Source of the DNA: Octopus bimaculoides
Taxonomy: Eukaryota
Assembly (NCBI RefSeq): GCF_001194135.2
Contig: NC_068983.1
Span: 85,066,876-85,130,875 of the forward strand
Reading direction: 5' to 3'
Length of the DNA: 64,000 nucleotides
In this document: positions 53,340 through 64,000 of the stretch, piece by piece
Layout: each line of letters opens with the position of its first letter
Numbering within the stretch: position 1 is the first letter of the stretch
Notes under the pieces: generated by a model
Told to the model about the DNA's origin: nothing
What the model saw: the letters and a program-made list of their open reading frames with translations, nothing else
Databases searched by the model: none
Translations under genes and position numbers: made by a program

Positions 53340-55960
53340 TTTCAACTACAAATTTATGAGCTGCCACTATCAATGTTGACTCAATGAAAGACAGGCCTGG
53401 AGAGCTTGTAGAAATGCTTGAGCTGATGGGGTAGTAGTGATCTGTATACAAGAGGTAAGGTGGAGAGCAGCTACAACCCCACTTCTTTTGGATAGGGAAT
53501 ATATGATCAAATGCTTCTGGATGGGTAACTGTGCTGAGGTTGGGAGAATTGGCATAGAATTGGACAGTTAAAGTAACTGAGATCTTCAAAATATGTGACA
53601 AAATAATTTAGCTACAACAAATCATAGGCAACATGACAAGAATTCCCTATGCATATGCACCACAGTCACGTCTGACTGACAAGTATATGATCTGTTTCTC
53701 TAAGGCTTTCTTGCAGATTATCTCAGTAATAAATTATTGGAAACTCATTTTTACAGCTGGTGACTTTAGTGGACATGTTGAGGCAACATAGTTATTCTGG
53801 CCTACACAAGCCTATAGATATGATGCAAAGAATTAGAAAGGAACATGGCTATTTGAGTTCTATGATGCAAATGACCTAACTGTTTGCGATGCCAACTTCA
53901 GAAAATCAACCAGCCACCTGATCCCTTATAACTCAGTTTAAGCACACAAGCATACATACCAAGAAATAGAGTTGACAACAACCAGTTGTATGTTCAAAGA
54001 AATGTGAATTAACACGTATGATAAGGAGGAAAAGATAGATACTTATAAAACAGAGAGTCAGCCTACAGCAAGTCACAGCCTGATCAGTAGCTGGAGCAAG
54101 TTTCCAGCCAGATGGAAAGTGATATGGTGGTGGAAACGATACAAGAGGCAGAGACAAGAAAAACAGCTGAGAAAATATTGGAAGAAAGGAAGAGACAAGG
54201 AATTATATCAAATAGCTAGAAGGGAAGCTACATGCCATATATACATAGCAATGAGAGAAGCTGAAAGTAAGAGGTTTACCAAGTTTTGCAGCAAGAAGAT
54301 AGAAGATGTGGCAAAATTACAATTACAAAGCAAATCAAGATATCATTGGGAAATGTGTTTGAAATGCTAGCATTTCACTTGCTCTCACTGATGTTGAGAA
54401 GTGAAGAAAATCATAGAAATGAGAGGTTGCTGAATATGGAGAATGCATAGATAAAAGAGAAGGTCTAGTAGAACCGAGAGAGGGATCAGCTATTGAAGTT
54501 TTGACAACTGTATGGTTGAAAGTGCTATTTAGAATATGAAGGCAAGGAAAGCAACTGAACATAAATATAGTCACTGAGATAGTGAAAATATTTGGGGATG
54601 TAGAGCACATGCTCATCACTAATATAGTCAGTCATGTAGTACAAGGTGTTCTACTTAATGACCATTGTCCTCATCAACTTCTACAAGAGAAAAGGAGATA
54701 TTTTGGAAAAGAAGTGACCATAAAACCATCAAAATTGATAAATCTGATTAGTGAGAAAATTAGGTTAGATGAGATGCACTTTAGGTTTGTACCAGGATAA
54801 GGTACAATTTGTGCCCTTTTCCTTGTTACACAAATACAGGGTGAGTTCTTAGATAAGAGTAATCCATTACACTTAACATTCATCTACTTGGAAAAAGCTT
54901 TGACAGAGTACCATGCTCTGTAGATTGGTGGTTACTAAGAAAACTAGATGTAAGTGAATAGCTTGTGAAAGGTGGGCAAACCATGTATAGAGACTGTCAG
55001 TAAAGAGAGAGTTAGCAATGCATACAGCAAGGAATTTGATGTATAAGTAGGTGTCATCTTTATATGCACTATAATCGTGACTGGAAATATTCTCTGGCCA
55101 AATACATGCTCAAAGAAATCCTAGTTGAATAAAAGAGTAGAAATTTATAACATACAGGACAACTGAAGATTTCTCCAAGGCAGTCTGCTGTAAGCCATAT
55201 ACCCTTCTGCTTATTTCAGTTCTTTGGGTTATAACTGAGAATATAAGGCTAGTTTTCAAACAAAAAAAAAGAAATCTTATTCAAATGACATAGCTCTCAA
55301 AGAATTAGAGAAACAATTCCAAATGTGGAAGCAAAAGTTAGAACCAGGAGATTTTTAAGTAAAACCCTATCAGAGAGAAGAAAGAACTCTATAACCATCA
55401 GGGTGGTAGCTATGCTCAGTATGTTAGAAAGGAGTATGTAGGAACTCTGTACTGTATACTGAAGTAAACTCTGATTGTACAAGAGATTCTGTGGGATCAT
55501 AAGAAGGCTGACAGAGAAGGAATACATCTGTAGTAAATGCACAGAAGTTGTTAGCAGAAAGAATAGAAAATTTTCAGCTGCTGGGAAAGCTATAATTGAT
55601 TGCTTCTGTTACTTAGGTAATCTAAATAGCAGTGAGGTTAAGTGTTCCATAAGTATAGTAACCAAAGTAAAAATTGGGTGGAAAAAGTAAGGGTGTTATT
55701 ACTTCTGCTAGCCACAAAGAGATTCTCTTTCCAGGTGAAAGCTAGATTGTATAATGCTTTTGTGCAAAGTTGTGTGTTATGTGGTAGTAGGGCATGGGAC
55801 CTTGCTGAATATTGTAGAGGAGAAACAAAGGCTGGAAAAAACCTATGGAAGAGAAAGATATGTGAAGAAGAGACGAAAGCCGATTTCAAGAGGCTGAGCC
55901 TCACAAAGGAGTTACACAGTGCTAAAATAGACCTATCCAACCCTTGCAAGCATGATAAAG
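53340..55960 (+). mobile_element. Long degenerate RTE-clade LINE (APE + RT) in the MED15 intron
   Basis: GELVEML...VICIQEVRWRA (APE); QFRFVPG-like RT region; C-terminal KARLYNAFVQSCVLCGSRAW. Many stops. Confidence 0.82.
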
Positions 55961-56899
55961 ACTAAAAATTAGAAGTGGCAAAAGGAAAAACTTGTTTTTG
56001 ATTCTTTTGGGATATTGACAAAATAAATATTGGATGTATACAAACAGAAATTAGAAAATAGAATCATACCGTTTAGTTTAAAGATTTATAAGAGAACAGT
56101 GTGAATTTAGGATTTAGGACAAATAAACATTTTGTAATATTAGTTTAATGCTTGTATTTAGAGAAATAGAGTTCACTGTAAAAGTGTAGTGGAGATCTGG
56201 AGAAGATATGTCAAATCCCATTCGTTTTAGAATTTGCAGTCTCTTGAAATTTCTTCAATGGCTTCAAACTTTACTTATGTTACTTGTATTTGATATTTCA
56301 ATAATAATAATATACAAAATGTATACAATGTAAGGTAGATAACTGAAGTAACAGCTTTATTTTATGTTGACAACGAATTATCTTTTGATATGGAATTAAA
56401 ATAATATTAAACATTTTTTCAATAAGTCAATGAAATAAGGACTAAATTGAAACCCATGTGAGTTGATGAGTGGAAATAATTTAATGGACTGTCTTGCTGA
56501 AGACAATGTATGGGTGTTCATCTTTTGCTGAATGACCTTCACAAATGATTTGTTTATAGTGATCAAATATATGTGCTGTACATTAGCTCACTCTTTCTGT
56601 CAAATTGATGTTACCTGAACAGGTGCATGGTTACCACACATCAGGTGTCGAAGTGATCACAGAGTAACATGAAATGAAGTGTTTTACTCAAAAACACAAT
56701 GCACCACCCAGTCTAGGAATTGAAATCATGATCTTGTGATTGTGAGTGCTCATCCCTAACCACTAGGCCATGCAACCTCATATTGATATAATTATTATAT
56801 TTAATGATTCAAGAATAGGAAAGACATAGTGTGTAATATAGTACTGCAGGGTGTTATAGAAAATAGTATGTTTGATGTAGTAAGTATAATAGTAGGGAT

Positions 56900-57340
56900 A
56901 ATAAATTTATATAAGAAGTGCTGATCTCTCAAAGTAGATGGAACACATGGAAATGGGAGACCCAGGAAGACATGAGAAAAAGTACTGAAGAATGACCTCA
57001 GGATGCTGAATCTTTCAAGCGAGATGACAAAGGACTGAGATGCCTGGTGCCTTGCTGTACTCAAGAAGACCCATACTCCACAGCAGAAGTGTTAAGACCA
57101 GTCCTTCTGGGAATCTAAATCACTCATGACGGTGCCATGCAAAAGTGCCTGTGCAGTGCCACATAAAAGCACCCAACACACACTGTAAAGTGGTTGGTGT
57201 TAAGAAGGGCATCCAGCCACAGAAAACACACCAAATCAGACTGGAGTCTGGTGCATCTCCCCAGCTTGTCAGCTCTTGTCAAACCATCCAACCCATGCCA
57301 GCATGGACAATGGACATTAAGATGATGATGATGATGGTTT
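56900..57340 (+). mobile_element. RTE 3' end with (GAT)n tail
   Basis: GRPRKT..KV.K.DL-like remnant followed by ...caacccatgccagcatgga...gatgatgatg tail. Confidence 0.78.
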
Positions 57341-58669
57341 AATGGTTCAAGAAAGGGGAAGTGTTTAATATTAAGTAAGACAAGGTATTATGGAAAATAG
57401 TATGATTTATGTGTAAGTGTAATTGTGATGTATGTTGTTTGGAATAACTATTTTCTATACAACAAAGAGACTATTTCAAGATCTTAAAATGGACAAATTG
57501 CTGCTAAGCATTGTCTGAATGGCCTTCTACATGTGTTACAAAGATATTTTACAACATAAGAAGAAACAAAAGTTATCATTTTAAAGAAATCATGGATTTG
57601 GTAGACGGAAACTGAAGCCTGTTGTATATATTTATTTGGGAGTAAAATCATTTCCCGTTCTAGTGAACTCGGATAGAATTTGCTTATGATTTTATATAGT
57701 CCTATTTCAGCCATGAAACATGTGTAGTCTATGTACTAGCACTAACTTTTTACATTTATACTTCCATACTGTATATTATTGTATTAATTTTTACTGTCCA
57801 ATTTATAAATTTGACTTTTATATTTTTTAAATTAATATTTCTATGATTTATATATGTAATATGTTATTTAATTAAAATTTTTAGATTAAAATATTAGATA
57901 TATTAAGATGGTATATGCCTCACAGCATGGATTTGGACGGGTTCTGAGTTGTAGAGTGGTGGTTCGTCTGTAAATTAGTTATATATATATGTGTGTGTGT
58001 GTGTGTGTATTTGTGTTTGNNNNNNNNNNGTTTGTGTTTGTCCCCTCCAATATTGGTGTGTTTACATCCCCGTAACTTAGCAGTTTGGCAAAAGAGACTG
58101 ATAGAATAAGTACTAGGCTTACAAAGAATAAGTCCTGGGGTTGGTTTGTTTGACTAAAGGCAGTGCTCCAGCATGGCTGCAGTCAAATAACTGAAGCAAG
58201 CAAAAGAATACACACACACACACACACACACATACACACACACACACACACACACTTTTCAGCTGTCTACATCTCTAGCTGGATACATATTCAAATTTAA
58301 ATCAAAGGGAGTCAAATTTAGAATCAACGTGGTGCCTCCCTACCAACCATCTGAGTGCTAATGAAGGCTTTGCCTGCTTGAGGCCATTGCCATTATTACA
58401 GCTGATAGCCCATTCATGCTCAATAAATGTAATGGACTGGTAGTTAATTGCAGACACCGCTTGAAGTACTTCCTTAACACCTATTTGGGATGCTGACATT
58501 CTCCCCCACCTCACACTCCACCCCCATCTATGTATCCCATAACTTCCATACAACTGGGGTTTATCGATGCACTATATTACTATGACATATCATCATGCTT
58601 GTTATTATTGGTGTTTTTGTTGTATGTATTATAACTACTTTGCTGCTCCTCCTAATATCATCATCACCA

Positions 58670-59140
58670 TCATCATCTAGCATTTGCTTTCCATGCTGGC
58701 ATGGGTTAGATGGTTTGATTGGAGCTGGTAAGCCTTAGAGTTGCACCAAGTTCGTCTGCTTTAACATGGTTTCTGCAACTGGATGCCCTTTCTAATGCCA
58801 ACACTCCAAGAGTGCAATGGTTGCATTTATATGCCAGTTACATGACACCAGCATCAGCCACGACTACGATTTCACTTGGTTTGACAAGTCTTTTCAAGCA
58901 CGGCATATCACCATAGGTCTTGGTCACTTGTCATTGCCTCCGTGAGGCCCAATGTTCTTAGACCATGCTTCCCCACTTCATCCTGTATCTTCCTGGGTCT
59001 ACCTCTTCCACAAGTTCCCTCAACAGTTAGGGTGTGGCACTTTTTCACACAGCTGTCCTCATCCATTCTTGCCACATGACCATACCATTGCAATCGTGTC
59101 TCTTGCACCCCATATACTGCGTTAATATTCCTCACACTTT
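58670..59140 (-). mobile_element. RTE 3' end with tail, opposite orientation
   Basis: RLQWYGHVARMDEDSCVKKC...GRGRPRK. Confidence 0.85.
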
Positions 59141-59408
59141 CCATTGTGTTGCCTTTATTGAACTCCTAAAGCAAAATATGCTGAATATGCTCCTTTGCCA
59201 CTTCCATTATACTTTTGAAAAAATAACTGTTAAAAGTGAACTACACTCTTCATAACTTGCACTAAGAATAAGGACAAGGTACAATTACTACCTGCTTTTA
59301 TAACAAGTTGATGCAGGTGGTTTATCCTGTCCCACTTCGACTTTTAGTTCATGCAATTGAAAAAAAAAATGCATTATTTATGGGATTACCCAATATATAT
59401 ATATATAT

Positions 59409-59679
59409 CAATAGTTCCCAAACCTCTTCAGACTGTTACCCCCTTGGCATCCAGGCCACATTCCTACTGTCGCCTCCCCGTCCCCACCACAGATATGAAC
59501 CACTTTCTACAGCAAATTCAAAACATCTGTGTTTCACAAATAAAATTTAAACCTAATTAACCTGTTTTTTTTTTTTTTTTATATCTATCGCCCCATTATC
59601 ATCCCACTTTTCTTCAACACCCCTCTGGATCTTTCCACTGCCCCCAAGGGGACAGTACTGCCCACTTTGGGAACCACTG
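59409..59679. mobile_element. hAT-type MITE
   Basis: TIRs caatagttcccaaa / tttgggaaccactg; 8-bp flanks atatatat on both sides. Confidence 0.8.
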
Positions 59680-61986
59680 ATATATATAATCCAAGCCATG
59701 CCAGCATGACAAGCAGATGATGATATATATGACATCTATTTTCTTTCATTTTCCCCCATGTTTATTGAAATTTCAGTGTTCTTCAGTATGGTAATTTTAT
59801 TTCATTGCATTGTGAATTGATATTATTACTGCTTGTTCATTTTTATAACATTGTGATATTTATATTTTTATATTACTATTGTATATCATTATTGTAAGTG
59901 TATCATATGTTGTTGTCATATGTGTTATTACTGTATTGTATGGTATTTTCTACCACAATGAGACTGGCCTCTACTTCTCCAAGCTAGCTGTTCTCCCAAT
60001 TCACACTTGTCTATTCCTATGTGTCCTTTCCCCAACAAGCATTGCACTAATCTCTGTGCCCATTCTTCTTTCTCCAGAACATTGGCCTTCCAGATTTTCT
60101 TCTTTGTAAATGTTTTTTTTTTTAGCCACAAACTAATGAAAAGGCATGGCTGTGTGATTAAAAAACTTGCTTCTCAAATATGTGGTCCTGGGTTCAGCAT
60201 CACTGCACAACACCTTGGGCAAGTGTCTTTTTCAATGACCCTGGGCTAGCCAAAGCCTCATGAGTGGATCTGATTGACAATAACTGAATGAAACCTGTCA
60301 TATGTTTGTTTTTACATTCAGTTTATAATAAAAACAATTTTACATTAATCTGATGGGTTACTCTATACTTTTGTAGAGTATGAATTTATTATTCTTAAAT
60401 GAGAATGTTGTTGACAGTGACTTTGAAGTGTCAGCCAGTTAAGCTATTTGGTTTCTACTAGCCTTGTGATTTCTTTATTCTTTGACCTTTACTTTAAAAA
60501 GATCCTCTTTTGGTTTCCAAAGATATTCTAGTATTCAAACAACTGAACTACTTATTAAATTATAGTGTAAGTAGATGAGTATTCCTCAGACCCTTGACCC
60601 TTAATGTAATCTTGAGGAAGAGTCAGTATGATACAGTGACAAAACTGGCTCTTTGAATTACAGTCCATTCAATAGGTTTCTATCCAGTTTCTGGCTACCA
60701 CTGGTTCAGGAGTGAAATTTGCTTAGGGGGTGTAAACCCAGGTCCAAAATTTTTTTTACACATGATGTCTTACTGTTTTTTTTTTTGGTTTTGTTGTGTA
60801 TTCTTTGAGAAGAAACTTAACTTCAGTCTACTTTTTACACTTTGATTTCTAAACCTGAGAAGAGTAAGTAGGGATGTAAATTTTGATTTTGCACTCCTCA
60901 AAATATTTTAGGAGGTGCACCTGCACCCATTGTTCCCAGACCCATGCTGGCTGCCTAATTTCACCCATTAGGTTTGGGTCAACTCAATGCTCCAAGGTGC
61001 CATATAGTAGGATCAAGATATTATTTTAAGGTATTATAGATAGCAGAGTGAGGTCATCCTAATAATCTGACCCATACCATCAAAGGAAAAGAACTGAAAG
61101 TGATCCTCTACTTGGCAAGAAATAGCAGTCAAACCCTACTGTCTTAAAAAGGGAAAAGACACATTACATAATGTATTCTTTGATGAAATCAGTATGGAAG
61201 AGAAGAGAGGGGATGGTTATGGTTGGAATGCCTTTGATCTTAAATCACTGTAGATCTAAGGTGACATAGCAATGGCTGGCATTCAAGCTGTTAGGAGAGT
61301 ATACACAGTCACTGACCCTGCTAGAAATAGTAGCCACTCTTGCACTAACACCTTGAGGAGTAAGAAGATGTATATGGGCTCAAGGCTAGATAAGAAAAAA
61401 AAAGGGGGGGTAAAAACGTTTTACACCACTACTAGGCAGTAATGTTCCAGGATACTTCATATTAAGACCAATGCTTGTTTATTTCTCACAAACACTATGT
61501 CCAATGAGAAAAAAAATGAAAACTGATTCTGCTTCTGATTTCAAAATAACACAAAAAACCTGAGTAGGCACATGCATGCCTGTAGGTGAAGGTGTGGCTG
61601 TGGTAAGAAATTTGCTTTCTAACCAAATGGTTTTGGGTTCAGTCCCACTGTGTGACACCTTAGGTAGGTGTCTTCTGTTATTCTCCAGGTTCACCAATGC
61701 CTTGTGAGTGGATTTGGTAGATGGAAATTGAAAGAAACCCATTGTGTGTGTGTGTGTGTGTATGTGTACACATACACACATACATATATGATCAGACTTC
61801 AAAGGGGCTAGTGTTGATCAGCATTGGCAAGACTTATGTTATGTAGTAAAAATTGGTGAAAAAAGTGCGATAAACTTGACTGTGCAGAGTGGGAAAAATT
61901 CAATATTTTGGACATTGTCCTTCCCCATGGAAAATTTGAAAAGAGAGAAATAGATGAGAGGCAATAGAGTTTTACGTTCCCTAAAT

Positions 61987-62246
61987 CAATGGTTCCCAAA
62001 GTGGGCAGTGGGAAGATCCAGAAGGGTATTAAAGAACAGTGAAGTGATAATAGAGTGGGCAAAAGGGGCTGATGGATGTAAAAATAACAAAATAATGGGT
62101 CAGTTCGGTTAAGTTTTATTTGTGAAATAGTTGTTTTGAATTTGTTGCAAAAATTGGTCTATGTGGTGTGTGGCGGGGGGGGGGGGACAAGGAATGAGGC
62201 CCAAGTACGAAGGGGGCAGTATCCCGAAAAAGCTTGGGAACTACTG
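61987..62246. mobile_element. hAT-type MITE, same family as 59409-59679, inverted
   Basis: caatggttcccaaagtgggc ... ttgggaactactg; internal similarity to the reverse complement of the former. TSD unclear. Confidence 0.75.
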
Positions 62247-62299
62247 CAACTAAAAATATTTTTTTCTACCTTAGCCACATGGCCCAGAATTTTTTGGGG

Positions 62300-62470
62300 A
62301 AGGGCCAGTCGATTAGATCAACCCCAATACGCAACTGGTACTTAAGTTATTGACCCTGAAAAGATGAAAGGCAAAGTTGACCTCGGCAGAATTTGAACTC
62401 GGAACGTAAAGACAAAAAATACTGCTAAGCATTTCACCTGGCATGCTAATGTTTCTACCAGCTCACCACC
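62300..62470 (-). mobile_element. Family A SINE
   Basis: gatgaaaggcaaagttgacctcggcagaatttgaactcggaacgt...ccagctcacc. Confidence 0.88.
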
Positions 62471-62876
62471 TTGCTAAATTGAAATATTGGTTGCAACAGA
62501 TAAGGAACATAGGTCCCCATGAGCTTCAACATGAACAAGAAGTGTTAGGAGAAACTGTGAGAAGGAAGAAGGGAAGAATTATTGAATGAGGAAAAGCAAG
62601 CAAAGTGAAGTGAAGGGAAAAGATGAAGTGGATAAGAAAGTGTTTAATGAACCCAGAGGAAGTGTAGAAATGGGAAGGTAAAAAAAAAAGTCATTTAAAG
62701 CTGCCTATGACATGGTGCCAAGTTCGAATATGAAACATTGTTCTCTCTGTTTCCTTAAGAATGTGGATTCATAAAATGATGAGTTGCTGCACACTGAGTG
62801 AGTGATGGAGTGGCATGTAGTGTTGAAGTAGGTAGCACTAGGCAGTGCTACTTTGGTGTGTGATCTACAATTTAAA

Positions 62877-63339
62877 GGGAGATTACTTTAGGTTACTTTT
62901 GAGTTTACTTTTCAGTTTCTAAAATCCCTAAGGATGTTGGCTAAAGAATTTTACAATGTGATCAGAAATGAGATGAGGGTAGTTGCATATTTACGAAGAA
63001 ATGGCCTTTTAGATGATGAAGAAAATGTTGCACCTTGTCATCGTTGTGGTGGAGAAATGAAGGAAGCTCGAAAAAATGGGAAAAACAATGGAGTTTTGCC
63101 AACTTTACATTGCAAAAGTTGTGACTGCCAAACTTGTGTGATCTACATGCTTATTTTAATTATTATATTGTTTATTCTTGGATACTTATTATTTACAAAG
63201 ACAAAAAGGAAAAATGGTTTTATCATTATCAAAATAGTAAGAATTTTGAAAAAATACATTTACAATGCTAAGTATGTACAAAAGAATATGTTAAAAATTT
63301 AGAAATTGAAAAGTAAACTAAAAAGTACCATAAAATCCC
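62877..63339 (+). mobile_element. Internally deleted Merlin/IS1595-like DNA transposon
   Basis: ~45-bp imperfect TIRs (ggga...tacttttgagtttacttttcagtttctaaa / tttagaaattgaaaagtaaactaaaaagtacc...tccc); ORF start EFYNVIRNEMRVVAYLRRNGLL...CHRCGGEM...HCKSCDC zinc ribbon. No clear TSD. Confidence 0.6.
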
Positions 63340-64000
63340 ATGTGATTTATGCACTTTTTTCCGCAAAAATAAAACTAAACTTTAGTGAGTGCGTAAATTA
63401 CATGAGTAGATTGTTTCAAGAATATTTTTAGAAATTTTTTTCTTGAAAAAAGATGTACAAAATGTAAACATTCATACCGGAAGTTGACTCATTTAATGTC
63501 TGAATAGATTTTTACAGACAAAAAAGAGCTTATATAATGAAGTTGACTTTTATTTATGCTGGATGGTATAATGCTTACTTTTTCTGTATAAATTTACTAA
63601 AACCATTAAATGATTAACCCCTTTTTGAAGTCTGACATACATGCTGGTAATCACAGTCCGAATCATATTTTACATGGTTGAGTAAAGTGTCATCCAAGCT
63701 GATGTTTATTGGTAATTAAATGTAATTTGCAACACCTGTGCATATTTCCCAGCTTTGTTTTGGTGATAATTCTGAACAACCTTTCCTGTGATATGGTTTG
63801 AGAAAACATACAGTAGTATGCTAAAGATCAGACATAATCTCTTGTGGACAAGAAATGTAAAATAAAGTTTTATAAACAATATTATCCACCATCTTTCCAA
63901 CAACAACCTTGAGCACCTTTTTGAATTCCATTTGACAAACACTCGTGAACATGCTTATAAAATCAAAAAAACAACACAGCACCCATGACTTCCGGAAACA

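Noticed and set aside
58855-58905. Hammerhead look-alike in the RTE tail (cttgaaaa...gaaatcgtagtc)
   Set aside because: The core deviates (CTTGA rather than CTGANGA) and is better explained as a simple hairpin in a common repeat tail.
59777-59790. Candidate MED15 exon 4 (cag|tgttcttcagtatg|gtaatt)
   Set aside because: Gives LFFSM, unlike any MED15 sequence I know; other candidates hit stops. Exon 4 is left unassigned.
62776-62826. Box C/D snoRNA-like layout (ATGATGA, CTGA, GTGATGG, TTGA)
   Set aside because: D box is imperfect, there is no terminal stem, and I recognised no rRNA/snRNA target.

Overview
AT-rich eukaryotic (animal) genomic DNA with scaffold gaps and dense microsatellites and transposable elements. 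The SINE and repeat families look like those of Octopus (cephalopod); this is pattern recognition, not a database hit. Two spliced genes lie head to head. A complete two-coding-exon MRPS17 (mitochondrial ribosomal protein S17, minus strand, 41057-40941 + 36113-35877, 117 aa) faces the first three coding exons of MED15 (KIX domain, plus strand, 44558-44619, 49878-49965, 53042-53093; later exons not found). The rest is mostly decayed TEs: R4/Dong-type RLE retrotransposons at (TAA)n, L1/Tx1, CR1, RTE, several mariners, hAT/TTAA MITEs, a Merlin-like element and tRNA-derived SINEs. Most notable observations: (1) a ~540-bp inverted duplication bracketing the MED15 promoter and exon 1, with an identical core and an inferable donor copy; (2) a ~120-bp palindrome made of two head-to-head degenerate minimal-hammerhead-like motifs; (3) an ORF1-only (HAL1-like) element sharing a 3' tail with an L1/Tx1 element; (4) a tandem cluster of R4/Dong elements at TAA repeats. 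I found no clear evidence of a wholly new biological system; these are leads, all aligned by eye.
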